A DNA stretch of 64,000 nt. It comes from Octopus vulgaris. Its lineage: Eukaryota. The stretch is taken from the NCBI GenBank assembly GCA_951406725.2, contig OX597816.1, positions 140,678,001-140,742,000 on the forward strand. The letters are read 5' to 3'. The stretch's first letter is position 1, and every line of letters begins with the position of its first letter. Made by a program: the position numbers and the translations under genes. Under the pieces are notes generated by a model, which ran no database searches, was not told where the DNA came from, and was given only the letters and a program-made list of their open reading frames with translations. Below are positions 11,428-24,300 of this stretch, in pieces.

Positions 11428-12690
11428 TAAATGAGGTTGAGTCAAAAAGTAATTCAATTTTTATCATAGTTGGTGCATTTTTCAATTAAATTATTTGATA
11501 TTTGGTACAGATGTAAAGGCACATATTCTCTTGATCTTTGGTGGTTTAACTTTTTTTCCAGATTTATGAAAGAGCTGATACCAAAATGCTTGAAGTACAT
11601 CAGAAACAAAGAGCAATAAGTGAATTCCTTGTTACTGAAAGAGAAACTCCTGTAAACATTCACAAAAGAGTGGAAAATGTTTACAAAAATTAAAAACTTT
11701 AGCCCCAGCAACTTATGGGAAATAGGCTCATTGTCTCAATGAAAATTCAACAGACCAAAAGGTATTGGTAAATTCAAGCTTAGCAGACATTCCTTGTAGT
11801 GATTGCTCATCAATTTCTGTCAACCCTGCCAACAAGAAAAAAACCCCAAAAAAACAGACCCTTTAATTAGAGCTGATTGGTTCATAAACATTGGTAAGCT
11901 GGCATTAGAGCTTTGAGTTAGCCATGGTAGTGCTCACAACATTATCAAAGCACTTGCCTTTTTGGAAGTGTGTGCCTATTGGGTAACAAAACAACTGACG
12001 GATGAGCACAGGACTGGAAAGGTTAACTGTTGTACTGAACTCTTTAAACTCAGCGAAAGAGACAAAACCATTTTTCAAAGGCTCACAACTGATGATGAAA
12101 ATTGGATTTATCATTATGAACCAGAATCAAAAAGACAATTAATGGTGTCACCCAATGTATCCAAAGGCAAAAAAAGTCAGCTGTAAAAATCATGGTGACT
12201 GTCTTTTAGGATGCTCAAAATATTATTCTTGTTGATTTCTTGCAAAGAGAAGAAACAGTCAATTCTGAAACATACATCGTGACCCTTAAAAGACTGAATA
12301 AGACCAAATTTGAAAATGAATGTTCTTTAACAGAATGCCCAGCCTCACTCAAGCTCGAGAACAAGGGAGGCAATCACTTCTTTCAGGTGGACAACTCTAT
12401 CCCACCCGTCTTTCTCACGTGACTTAGCACCCTCAGATTTTCATCTCTTTGGTCCAATGTAAAAGGGAATGAGAAGCAAACATTAAGGTAGTGATGAAGA
12501 ATTGAAAACTACTACAAGGAACTGCTTACATCAGTAGCCAGCAAAGTTTTACAAAGCTGGGATACATACCCACATTTGTAGGTGGAACACTGCCATTGAA
12601 AGAGGTGGGTGGTGACTATGTTGCAAAGTAGGGAAGTGAACCTGTGATGTATATCTATATTTTGATGTACAATATGTTCAAATATGCTCC
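11428..12690 (+). mobile_element. Mariner transposase relic
   Basis: WVTKQLT (WVPxxL-like), LTTDDENWIYHYEPESKRQ, TVNSETYI.TL, DLAPSDFHLF. Many stops and frameshifts. Confidence 0.8.
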
Positions 12691-12701
12691 TTATGCATTT
12701 A

Positions 12702-12905
12702 CGAGGGGGCACTGAAAAGTTCTTGGTTTTAAGGGTATCACAAAAAGCCTAGTTGAAGGTCCAATCTTCCGAGTTATTTTACAGGGCTTAGAAAATCTGA
12801 AGAACAGCTGCAATGTGTGAATTTGAGAGGGGAATGAAACCATAATTAACTGATCCTCCTGTATTTTCTTTTACTCAAAGCCAGGAACTTTTCTACACCC
12901 CCTCG
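12702..12905. mobile_element. Mariner-type MITE
   Basis: TA|CGAGGGGGCACTGAAAAGTTCTTGG ... CCAGGAACTTTTCTACACCCCCTCG|TA: TIRs with a TA TSD. Confidence 0.8.
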
Positions 12906-14234
12906 TATTGCCCCCTTACCTACATAAAAACTGTAAAGTGCATCTACTGTCCCTGATATCCACAAGAAAATTTCCACTACTCCCAGGGAGTAGTAGTGTT
13001 TATTTTGAATGCTGAGGTAGTTGTTCTTGAAGACTATGTGCACTACTCTTCTCTTTTGACTGTTAATTACATTTCTGGTTTTGCACTCCATTTGATAACA
13101 TTTTTAACATAGTGGTTTGGTAAAAATGAATATTAATAACGTGTTGAGAAGGCTTCCAGTGCATAACTTAGCTAGTGTATGTTCTGTAATAAACAGTCCC
13201 ACCTTACAAGAGATAGAGTAACTAACCATGTGAAGTACAGGATGCAGAGTGTAGAAATGGAAAGGTGTCAACAAAAACAAATATAATTTTAAACACATTT
13301 AAAATCAAAATTGATATTAGTATGTGTAATCGGTGTGGGTTTAACATGAAAAATAAGTGACTGACCTTAAAGTAGAAAATTCATAATTTTATTCTAAATA
13401 TTTTTCAGAAAATACATTGAACTTAAATAAAAAAAAAAAAAAACATATTTGTCAGATTTATCTGTTGATGTGGTAGTTTTTGTGAAGACTTGTGAAAAAA
13501 CTCTCAGAATTCAAGACTTAAACTGGGACAACTGGAAAATGACATCAATGGTGAACTTTATTTCGGATAAGATAGAATATTTTAGACAAAAAAAAAAAAA
13601 AACCAGGACGAAAAAACATGAAATGACTGACAAAAACTGGGCACTCACAGAAAAATATTTGGGTAATATTGTCATTTCTAACATATTTATAATCTATGCT
13701 GTACTTTTTTTCCCTACAGCTCTTCCAGTTCTCAAAGATAGAAACTAAGGTATTGAACTAAAAGGCAGCTGTAAGTATTCCATTGTTTCTAGACAAGACA
13801 CTCTTCATGTCCCATTTCATCTAGCAGTCTGGAGTTAGTACCAAAATATCTGGAAACATTCTTAGACTTCATCGTCAACATGAAGAAGCTGATGATTTCC
13901 TGTATCTTTTTTCCCAGATATTCATGTTGATACTTCAATAGGATTTTATTTTTATCTCAATAATATATAAGCTATTTCTTACTAAAACACATCTTCATTA
14001 TTTCCGTCTAAATTTACCAAACCTTACTTTATCATCTAGCTTTTCTTCAATTTCTTGTCCTACAATTTCATAGGGCTTAGTTTTTTTTTTATTTTTGCTA
14101 GAATAAAAACAATAAAATACAAGAACAAATTTTCTACTTTAAGCATATTGAACCTTAAAAATACAAAATATGTTTCACAACAAAATATTACTTTAGATTT
14201 AAAGACTCTGAAAACAAAAACAGATAAAGATTTA

Positions 14235-17200
14235 CTATGGGTCTAATACACGAATTCTTTTGGTGAGAACTTGTTTTGGAAAAAGGGCATCTTTTACTAG
14301 ATCATGGAGTTCATTCAATGCCAAATTTGTTTGTAATTTAACAGCTTCATTGTGTTCTTCAGATTTAATAGATTTCAATAATTTATATAAATCCTTTAAA
14401 ATGTCTTCTAGAAGAACAAAAGTATCTTTTCCAAGTCCTTGTAACAACTGTGTAATCAAAAGAACTGCAGCAGCTCGCACCTCAGCACTGCTATCATGTT
14501 TTGCCAAGCTGCTACAGCAAGAGAATATCTCATAAATAACATTGCCTAATGAGAAGCGGAGAAGTTTACAAACCTCACCAAGATTAGATAGGCAGCTAGC
14601 ACGCACCAAGAAATCATTGTCTTTTGTACCTTGTAAAAATGCATTGAGTAAAATGTTTTTAAATTTCACCACAGTTTCACCAAGTCCTTGCGTCACCTTT
14701 ACAAGACATTCTCCGAGTTTGATTTTCAACTCAGATGAAACAGCTTCACCATTGTGGATTTCTGATTCAGGATCTTGGAATAATTTAATTATCCTCGGTA
14801 CCACTTTATTAGGAAAATGATCAGCCATAACAGATAGGCCTTTCACAGCAGAAAGATAGATGTAGGAATCTGGGTGGGTCAATTTTTCTTCAAAGATATG
14901 TAAAATAAGATCTTGCTTTTTGAGAGTCTCTTCATCTTTGTTTTGAATTAGTTGTGTCAATGCAATTAGTCCATGACCCTGAACAGGCACTAATGAATCA
15001 TACGTATCTTTTAATGCTGACTGTAACTCAGACAAATGAGAATCCTTCTCCTTGGGGAAATTGTAGCTCATCTTGAAAGTGTTAGCTGTTGCAAATTTTG
15101 GTTGTAATGTATTGTTTTCAGGTAGACTATTTTTCAGGTTTGATCTGTTACTATCTTTGGTAGATATTTCATCAATGTTGGATACTATGGTATTGGAATC
15201 TGGCTGACACAAATGTTTCTCTTTATTTTCTCTCTCAAGACTCTGATCTACTGACTTGTCAGTGGAGAACAAAGCAGCTTTGTTCCCCAAAACAGTTTTG
15301 TTCTCACATGGTTCCTGTGAAGAATTTTCAATAATCTCTATAAGTTTTTGATCTTTTTTAGAATCTGTAGTTTTTGTAGATTGTTCATTATCTAACATAA
15401 CAGCTGAGTCCATATCAGGCCAAACTGCTCCGTATGTGGCAACAGCAATACGCAAGCTAGATGCCATTGATTTAATACTATGGTCATCTGTACTCGTAAT
15501 CACATTCTGAAGAAGGGGAATAAATGTTCTCATACTATTTTGTTCTTCATTAGACATTTCCATGGCACTTGCCACAACAGCTGTCAGAAGGCCTAGGGAC
15601 ATAGTTAAAATTTCATTTGTGAAAATGCTTTCAAAGTCAAACTCATTTTCATTAGCTTTACAGCAGCATTTAGCTAGAGCAGCTTTGATGAATTCTAGTA
15701 TATATTTAGTATTACTCTTACTACTAAAGTTCTGCTTCTCATAAATTGCTGCTATGAAAGTGAGAATTTTCAATTGATAAAATATTTCATCAGAATTGCA
15801 TGAAAAGCTCTGAGGATTTATATCTAAACTATTTTTATCTAAATTCTCTGGAAATTTGCTACATGAACTCACTTTTGAAGTTAATGCTTGAGTAAGGTTC
15901 TGAAGCATGTCTATAAATAAGTTTTCTGATAATTTATTGGGTTTTATTTTATCAAGCAAATCCATTAGGTTATCAATCATATCTGAATCTTCTGAAAAGA
16001 AATCATACTGTCTCTTTTTCTTATCATCAAAAACAACACTAACAGCACCATTACTCTCTACTATAAAATCTAAACAAGCATGCATTAAAGGAATTTTGAA
16101 TTGAGAGACTTTGTTTGTGGTGCTGAAAATAAAAGATTTCAAACACATAACTGCATTTTTCTCATCAAGAAATTTTAAATAAGTCAATAAAAGTTCTTCT
16201 GACAATTTTTTAACATTGATAGGTGCATCATTCCAACAAAATAAACAAAAAATAACATGGATAAATTGTTTCAAATTGGTTAACAAATAAGAGTGTGGTT
16301 CACAACCAAGAACAAAGATTTTGTGGCAATTTTGCAGACATTTGCTAAATTCACTTTCATTAATTACAGATGCACCTTGCAAAGTTGTATCTTTATGTAA
16401 ATACCCAGTGCAAGTATAAAAAGGACCAAAAATATACCGTAAACAGTATTCTTCAAAGATATCTGGCTGTTGCTTACAAACAATATTCATTGTACAACAG
16501 GCAACACGCAAGTATTGTTGTGACATCTCCATATCATTGCATTTAAGTAATGCATTTACTTGAGGCAGTATTAAATTATAATAATTATCAACTTCTTCAT
16601 TCAAAGGAATGTTAGCAATCACTTTTGAAATACCATCACATATTTTATCTTCATCAATTGGGTTTTTGGAATCTGAGAGTGATGCATCAAGCATACCTTG
16701 AACAATATACAGCACTCCATTAGGTTTAAGAAGAATTTTTGTTAAATTCAAACTGCAAGCATTTTTTAGCCACTGAGGAGCTGGTGAAAAATTAGAAGGG
16801 GAAAATTTTATATCAGAATTTCTCTCATTCAGTTTTTTAAGAAGTTTTGGTGCTGGGACACCTTGCAAAAATACAAGTTCCCTAACCAAAGATGGTTGAT
16901 AAGACCCATTGATCAGTTTTTCAAGAAACTTTTGACAAAATGTGATGTCTTCGACAGTAACAAGAGCATGGCTTGTGACATTTTCCCGACTTGTCTCCAT
17001 TGGATTACACGATCTAGAAGAACTTGGGTTGTTTGTAATTTCGGCTGTCGTTTTCGAAGGGAAAACATCACAATAATTTATATTTCCAGACATCAAACTT
17101 TCAATTAAATAGTTAGAAGATAATTTTCTCAAATCGATATTGTTTTCCGTTTCAGTCGGAGAGGGCTTTTGTGGAGGATATTTTTTAACTCCATAGCACA

Positions 17201-17834
17201 ACTGGAATATCACAGCAAGACAATCTCCTAAATGACGTGACAAGAGTAGACTACCCAGCGACGTTCGGTTGAGACAAACTGAAAACAGGCGAGCAACCTG
17301 TAATAATCTAAACTGTCTTTCTAGTATTGATTTAGCCTCCGGCTTACAAGATAACAACAACGAACCATAATCGGATCTTTGCTGTAGCGGAATGCCAACA
17401 CCTTTAGCAAAATAAGGATAAACTCCGAGATAAATGATAAACTGGATAGTTCTACTGAACACTTTCTGTTGCATGATGCTCAGTATATCAGAAGGAGCAG
17501 TATCTTTACTATTTAACTTGTCTACTTTATCATTCCGAGTGAGATCCTGAAGAATTATTAATAAAGCTTCGTTGAGAATAAGGCAGGTAGATGCAAATTT
17601 CCATTTAAGACTAGATTCAGATGAGAAATAATGCGCTTGCCTTCTGGTATAGAATGAATTCAAACTTTGGAATTTGGCATCTTTACAGAGTTTGCCGCAA
17701 AAATTTTCAAAACTATTTTGAAGTAGGAAATCCAGCTCATCAAAATTTGATGACTCTTTATTCAAGATCTCCCATTTGCCAGGAGAAACCAAAATTTCCA
17801 TTGCTTCTATAGTTATTGTCAGTTGAGATTCCAT
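14235..17834 (-). CDS. TANGO6: Transport and Golgi organization protein 6 homolog (TMCO7/Rtp1 family), single coding exon, 1199 aa
   Basis: C-terminal Rtp1-type HEAT motifs D.LVPVQGHGLIAL, DSYIYLSAVKGL, KLGECLVK, VRASCLSNLGEVC, EVRAAAV. N-terminal GVGIPL..RS and PNGV motifs. In-frame TAA just upstream of the ATG. Confidence 0.9.
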   Translation of the reverse strand: MESQLTITIEAMEILVSPGKWEILNKESSNFDELDFLLQNSFENFCGKLCKDAKFQSLNSFYTRRQAHYFSSESSLKWKFASTCLILNEALLIILQDLTRNDKVDKLNSKDTAPSDILSIMQQKVFSRTIQFIIYLGVYPYFAKGVGIPLQQRSDYGSLLLSCKPEAKSILERQFRLLQVARLFSVCLNRTSLGSLLLSRHLGDCLAVIFQLCYGVKKYPPQKPSPTETENNIDLRKLSSNYLIESLMSGNINYCDVFPSKTTAEITNNPSSSRSCNPMETSRENVTSHALVTVEDITFCQKFLEKLINGSYQPSLVRELVFLQGVPAPKLLKKLNERNSDIKFSPSNFSPAPQWLKNACSLNLTKILLKPNGVLYIVQGMLDASLSDSKNPIDEDKICDGISKVIANIPLNEEVDNYYNLILPQVNALLKCNDMEMSQQYLRVACCTMNIVCKQQPDIFEEYCLRYIFGPFYTCTGYLHKDTTLQGASVINESEFSKCLQNCHKIFVLGCEPHSYLLTNLKQFIHVIFCLFCWNDAPINVKKLSEELLLTYLKFLDEKNAVMCLKSFIFSTTNKVSQFKIPLMHACLDFIVESNGAVSVVFDDKKKRQYDFFSEDSDMIDNLMDLLDKIKPNKLSENLFIDMLQNLTQALTSKVSSCSKFPENLDKNSLDINPQSFSCNSDEIFYQLKILTFIAAIYEKQNFSSKSNTKYILEFIKAALAKCCCKANENEFDFESIFTNEILTMSLGLLTAVVASAMEMSNEEQNSMRTFIPLLQNVITSTDDHSIKSMASSLRIAVATYGAVWPDMDSAVMLDNEQSTKTTDSKKDQKLIEIIENSSQEPCENKTVLGNKAALFSTDKSVDQSLERENKEKHLCQPDSNTIVSNIDEISTKDSNRSNLKNSLPENNTLQPKFATANTFKMSYNFPKEKDSHLSELQSALKDTYDSLVPVQGHGLIALTQLIQNKDEETLKKQDLILHIFEEKLTHPDSYIYLSAVKGLSVMADHFPNKVVPRIIKLFQDPESEIHNGEAVSSELKIKLGECLVKVTQGLGETVVKFKNILLNAFLQGTKDNDFLVRASCLSNLGEVCKLLRFSLGNVIYEIFSCCSSLAKHDSSAEVRAAAVLLITQLLQGLGKDTFVLLEDILKDLYKLLKSIKSEEHNEAVKLQTNLALNELHDLVKDALFPKQVLTKRIRVLDP

Positions 17835-18255
17835 GATGTAAATGAATTAAGAATACAATGGCAAAAACGTTTAGGTGAATTAGCAGATACAAAACAAATA
17901 ACAATCAACCGCCATGCTAAATATGCAGCATTTTGGTTTCCTTTCACTGAAGAGTGTAGAGAGAGGGAGAGGAGAAAAGTATGGGGAAATAAAAGAGAGA
18001 TGAAAAGAAAATAGACTAAAAGAAGAACGATTAAAATAGAGAGATTAAGAGTTATGCAGAGCACTTAGCAGAAATTACAAGGATGAAAGCGAAAATGACA
18101 ATCACTGATGTCTCAAATGATATTTTAATGAAGAGAGGTGTAAGATATCAGAGTGACTTCCCTTGAGTATCAATCTTTCTAACGGATGTGTTGCTCACCA
18201 CTCGTACGAATCCCTGAATTAAATTGCGATTCAAAACATTACCTTAATTGAGGAA
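17835..18255. promoter_or_regulatory. Compact bidirectional promoter region TANGO6/cactin, with predicted TANGO6 5'-UTR intron 17947..18198 (-)
   Basis: Only 421 bp separate the divergent start codons. Minus-strand donor TG|GTGAGC at 18198, and a long pyrimidine tract ending CTCTTCAG at 17947. Confidence 0.6.
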
Positions 18256-18344
18256 ATGGATGGGACATTACAAGTCAAGAAACATCACCACAAAAGCACT
18301 TCCAAGAGTAGTCATCGGCATAAAAGTAAAAAGAAGTACAAATC
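18256..18344 (+). CDS. CACTIN: Cactin exon 1
   Basis: [29 protein letters not shown]; donor TC|GTAAG; phase matches exon 2. Confidence 0.75.
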
Positions 18345-21300
18345 GTAAGAAAATCTATTCTATTTTTTTCTCGTTTGTTTTTTCAGAGTAAAGCCAACCA
18401 AAGGGGGAGCTTACTGTATGACAAATTTTAGTCTCCCTTCCTTTTCTACTCTAAACACAAGGCTCGAAATTTTGGGGGAGGGGGGCCAGTCGATTAGTTT
18501 AACCCAATACGCAACTGGTACTTAATTTATCAACCGCGAAAGGATGAAAGGCAAAGTCGACCTTGGCGGAATTTGAACTCAGAACGTAAAGACAGACGAT
18601 ACCGCTAAGCATTTCACCCGGCGTGCTAACGTTTCTGCCAGCTAGTCTTCCTTTCGTGTATACATTCATGTTGAAGTAAACCCTTAGGAAAATTTCTCTA
18701 GTCAGGAAATCTTGTTATATTTGAAGTAATGTCTTTTGAACCTGTGTTTTGTAGTCATCAACTTTTACAGTGTTACATATTTGATCCTTAGAACATCAGC
18801 TAACTCTTAAATACAGGTGCGTTTAATTTTTACTCACAAAATAACTAATCTAATTACGACATTCCAGTACATTATTTTAGCCTTATATTCGAATGTTTTG
18901 TAAGGTACGTCTAACATGAGAGACTTGGATGCACTGGTTAATGGTTCTTAATCACATGTATTGAACTGTTTACTTGGTTTACACACACACACACTTTATC
19001 GAACGAATTATGGAGCCTCTGCGTGGTCTCTCGACCTGTTAGAAATAGTAGCCAGAGCTTCAAATCGCACCCTACTGTCTTAAAAAGATAAAAAGTGGGT
19101 AACGTAATCACAAATATTTAAAAAGGGCGAAGTTTCGCTAGGAAATCTGTGCTACTACAACCGAAACTATGCCTTAAAAAGATAGGATGGTCAAAGCTGG
19201 AATGTTCGATCGGGGTTAACCAGTGGCTAAACGACAAAAATAACATTTCTCTTCGTAGAAATAAAACATTGTTTCGATGAATTATCTTTAACTTCCGAAA
19301 AGTTATCCACAATGCTATAGGGAAAAGATAACAAAGTTAATTTTTATGCATTCCGACCTTCATTTCCTTTCATTTTCAAGCCCGCATTTGCACATCCCCA
19401 AAGATTTTGATGAATCAAAACAGCTCTTTCAAACTGGTGAAATCGCTGTGATTGGGCTATCTTTCGCTTTGACTCGAATTTTGTCAACAAATTACTCGGT
19501 AATTTTCATGAGCACATGTCTTGTGCGTGCTTGTTCCTGTGTGTGTGTGTGCGCGCACGCGCGTGTGCGTATGTGCTTGTTCGTGTTTGTGTGCATGCTT
19601 GTTCCCGTGCGCGTGCTTGTTCCTCTGCGTGTGTGTGTGTGTGTGCTTCTGTTTTTATGTATTTATACCTTGTTGAATGTAGATATAACGAAATTATGCC
19701 AACAGTGTCGCATTTTCAACTTGAAGAAAAAAGCCTTCCATATTCCAAGTCTTTGAGACTTTGCAGATTTAGTAGTTGTATGTATGTGGGGGTTACTTTA
19801 AGAGATCACCAGAAATTGTGAGGCCAAGCATTTATAGTAAAAAATTTGAGAATCTTAATTGTCTGTTGTTCATGTGTGGGGAGTGAGGTTACAGTGTGAT
19901 ATTGTTTTGTTAATATTTATAGTGACTATATACTGATACTAAAAACTAAGTCAATATGTGCCTATTGGAAGAGCGACAACTGTAGAAACCGGGTAGGATT
20001 GAAGAATGTATGTAATGTTGTTGAAAAGGGGGGGATAACCAATGAGACGTATGAGTTGAGATGACTGATAGTGCAGAAGAGGTGAATGGTAAAGAACAGC
20101 TGAATTGTTATAAAGATACAGAAGGATGAGATGGGGGAAGAGCAAGATGACATGTAGTTGGATAGGTTGTAAGTGTGTAGGGGGAAAGGTAGGCATCATG
20201 AATGAGGAAAGTGAAAAGTAATTTGATGCTCAGCCAGGTGTAAAATGTAAAATGAAAGTGGTGACAACATTGGTAAGAAAAATGGATGGATATCAAATGG
20301 AATGGTTCCAAGTACTGAGAAAAGATAATTGATATCAAGAAAAAGTTGGAGCTCACAATTTTGCTCACATTTAATTACTGTAGCTGAATACTGCAGTTAG
20401 AGAGTGGTGTAGATGTCTTGTGGAGGAAACTGGGTGAAGGGTTCCAATGGTATATACCTTTACACACATTATGTTATTGGAATCTCTGTTTTCTTGAGAT
20501 GGGCAAGTCTTCTTTTGAACTACTTTGCCAGTCATCCCGGTCCTTTGTCATCTACTCAGTGAAGGTCAAGGTTCTGAGATAAGCTGTCACCACTTCACCC
20601 CATGTCTTCCTAGGTCTGCCTATTCTGTGAGCTCCGTCCACATTAAGTGTTTAGAAGTTCTTTATATAGCTGTCCTCATCCGCATAAATCATATGTCCAT
20701 ACTAGCACATTGTGTTTCTTGTACATTGCATCTGATTCCTTTTATGTCCAATTTTTCTCTCAACATATTTGTTTTTTATCATTCATGCACACTTACATTG
20801 CACATCCAATGAAAAATGCTAGGTTCATTTCTTTCTAGTTTTCTGGATTCAAATCCTATGTCACACTGCCATGCAGCATTGCAGTTCTAATACAAGCATC
20901 ATACAACCTGTCCTTCACTTTGAGGGAAAGATCTTTGTTGCTCGCAGTGGTAATAGCTACCTAAACTTTTTCCAGCCTTTTCTTACTCTGGCTACAATAC
21001 CTGTAGAGGAACCACCTTCCATACTAATTAAATCTCCCAGATAACAAAAACTATTCATTACTTTTAGTGAGTCGTCCAGACATTTAAGAGTATTTATTTC
21101 TTATGTGCTCATAGAGCATACTGCTCCATTACATCTATCACATATAAAGCTTATTTCCTCTGTTAGTCTACTTGTGATTCCACTATATCTCTTGTGTATC
21201 CATAGCTTACAAGGGATACAGCATATGAAGTTTATACCTACTCCTTTTCTGCATATGGAGCAAGGCCATTCCTTTGATGATACCAGGGTCCTGTCTTCTT

Positions 21301-24300
21301 TCTGACTAAGTAAAATTTTAGTCTTTGTGAAGTTTACCTCAAGTCCTCTCAGTTATTGGTTTAACTTCTATACCTTGGATTTCGTCTGCAATTCCCCTAT
21401 AAATTCAGGTATGAGAACTAGGTTATCAGCATATAGGAGTCTCAAACGCCTCTGTAATTGTTCTTTAGGACTATGAAGAATAAGAGAGGACCGAGGTCTG
21501 AACCTTGATGAGCTTCTACCTTCACACTGAATTCATCACTGAAATTGTTATTGACTTTCATTTTGCTTACTGTATTTTTGTGCATGGCTTGTACAGTCCT
21601 CACAAGCCATTCATAGTTTTCTCTGTATCAGTTTTTATTCAGATTGTTGCTCTTCTAGACAGATTGCTGTGCTGTGGCTATCAAGAATCCACATCTCTTG
21701 TATTCATTATGTTTTGGAGAAAAAAAAAAAAAAAAAAAAAAAGAGGCCCTTTCTGTATATAATATATTTCATTTCTTGTTTGCAGCCAGACTTCATCTGA
21801 TATGTCAGACAGTTCAGAATCCCAATATCGACATAAAAAAATGAAGAAATCCAAGCATAAAAAGAAAAGAACACATTCTTCCTCTGAAAGCTCTTCCGAT
21901 TCTAATGCTGAACCAACTCTTGAACAACGTTTGAATGACTTTGATGCCAGGAAAATAGCTAGCATTGAAGAATATCAAGCTGAAAAGAGGTAGGCCATTT
22001 AATGGATTTGTTGGCTCAAACTTTTTATTTATCTCGGTGCTATATTGGGATTGTTTTGTGTTTTATAAATGTCTTCCAAACATCTACTGGATTGGCTGAA
22101 GAGGGAGGCTCATAAGTTTTATTTTCATCATATGAAATAGACTAGCTTAAGGTGACCTGCTCTACGCGTGGGTGAGGGTGTGGTTGTTACTTTCTATTGC
22201 TTCCTTTCTGTTTCTTATCACCACATTTTCCCTCTTTGTTTCTCTCTCCTTTCTCTCTCACTTTCCTACTCTCTTACTCTTCCTTTCTCTCGGCCTCTCC
22301 CTCACTTTCTCTTACTCTCTATCTTTCTCTATCTATCTCTATCTATCTCTCTCCCATTTATAAAAAATTAGATTTCTGTGCTTAAATTACAAATCTGCTT
22401 CCACTTTACCATGTTGAAAATTAGATTGAAATTGGGCAAAAGGTGTCCAATCTAGACCCCAAAGTGTCCCCACAAATCAATAAAATCCCTGTTTTCACAC
22501 TAAAGCAACCACATTAGCGCCCCAAAACGTCTCCCAATCAATTTCTCACCTCAAGTTACCCCCTCCTGTAAATTTTAATCCCCTTCCAGCCCCACTTAAA
22601 CCCCTTTTTACATAAAAATCCAATTTGTATCAACGTTCACCTTCTTCATTTTATAGATTAGACATAAATACCTGGCCTTGCTTGGGATTAAAATAGTTTA
22701 TTATCGTTTTACTTGTTTCGGTATTATAACCCGGTTTCATTCAGGTCTACGTGAGCCACATTTTAAAAGATGAGGAATTTTGCCCTTGAGGCCATGCCTT
22801 TCAATTGAGCAAACTCAAAGTTGCCATGCAAACTCGCTAGCACTTTTAACACAGGTGTGCATATTTTCAGCTCAATCCGACCACATATGCACACATTATA
22901 TATATATATATATTTAAATAAGAAAATGGAGGAACAAATTCATTTCGATCATCAACTTACAGATATAGTGGGTTACCCTCATAACCCCTATTTTACTTTG
23001 TACTATATATATATATATACACACACATACGCATTATATATACATGTCTACATGCATATATATATATATATATACACACATATATATAAATGTATACACT
23101 TTATATATATACACATTATATGTATACACATTATATATATATATTTATATACACACACACATATATATAAATTAACTCAATATATCTGATTGATAATATC
23201 TTTTATGATTGTGCGGTGGTGGTGGGCAATAATAATTCACCATTCTAACAGACCTGTGGCAGGAATATTTAAACTTTTGTGGCTGTCAACTCTTTCTCTC
23301 TATAGATACAGACAGACGTACAGTTAGAGCAGTGGTGGGAGAAAGAGTGATAGAGAGACGAAGCTGTTAAACGTCGTTATAGAGAGAAAATGGAAGGAAG
23401 GAAGGAAAGAGAGAGATTGAGGAAGACAGAGTGATATCCGAAAGAAAGAAACGACAAACACTTGTCAAAGTCTGGGTTTTGTTGCCCTAGTAACCACAGC
23501 CTTTGAGATAGGGGTTTCTAACCTAGTCCACTTGCTTCCTCGCCTCTTTTTACATGACCCTGTAAATTTTGAAGCCAATCTGACCCCATCTAGTGCCCCT
23601 TAAACCGTTCCAATCCCAAAATGAGACAAACAAATTTTTCACATTTCAGCTTTAGTACAGGATGCTAGTTTTCTAGGTTAGTATGCTAGTAACCTTTAGC
23701 TTTTTGAATTAAATATCCTCTGCAGAAAAAAAGACAACAATGAAAAACAAGTGCTTGTAGATTTGGAACCATAGAGTATGAGCTATTAGTTGGACCAGTT
23801 GCTTATCTATTCTGAAATGGTAAATATCTTGTAGAATTTAATCAATTTGTTCCATCTTCACCAAATATTTCATCAACATGTAGTGTTTTCATGGAAATCT
23901 TGGTGTTCACCTCTGTTCAGAAATTAGTTACATAGGGTTACAAGTATAGTGAACTAGTTCATCAAACAATCAGACTTGACTTGTTATAAGCTCACATATT
24001 TCTTGTGTAGCACTTCAATACCCCCCCCCCCCCCAGTTTATTGAATTCTTGTCTATTTGTCATACCTTCCACTATCCCCCTCTATATAACAATGTAAAAA
24101 ATCAAGTTGATGAAGGATCTTCAATGTGGTCACTAAACTTGCTTGAAATAGCATCAAATCTCCCTCAAACCACACCCTTTCATCATTACACAAAAAAGAA
24201 ACATTAGATAATTTAGTTCTAGAATACTATGTTTGAATAAAAGACAAAATGGTCACAGCTAGAACATTCTAGCTGTTCTAGCTGTAGTTTTGAAATCATT

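Noticed and set aside
13790-14059. Possible extra minus-strand exons downstream of TANGO6 (GQEIEEKLDDK; YQHEYLGKK...)
   Set aside because: Weak acceptors without pyrimidine tracts and no recognisable protein. Probably 3' UTR.
14260-17812. Plus-strand ORFs inside TANGO6, and antisense ORFs inside B3GALT and cactin exons
   Set aside because: Shadow ORFs of real coding sequence.
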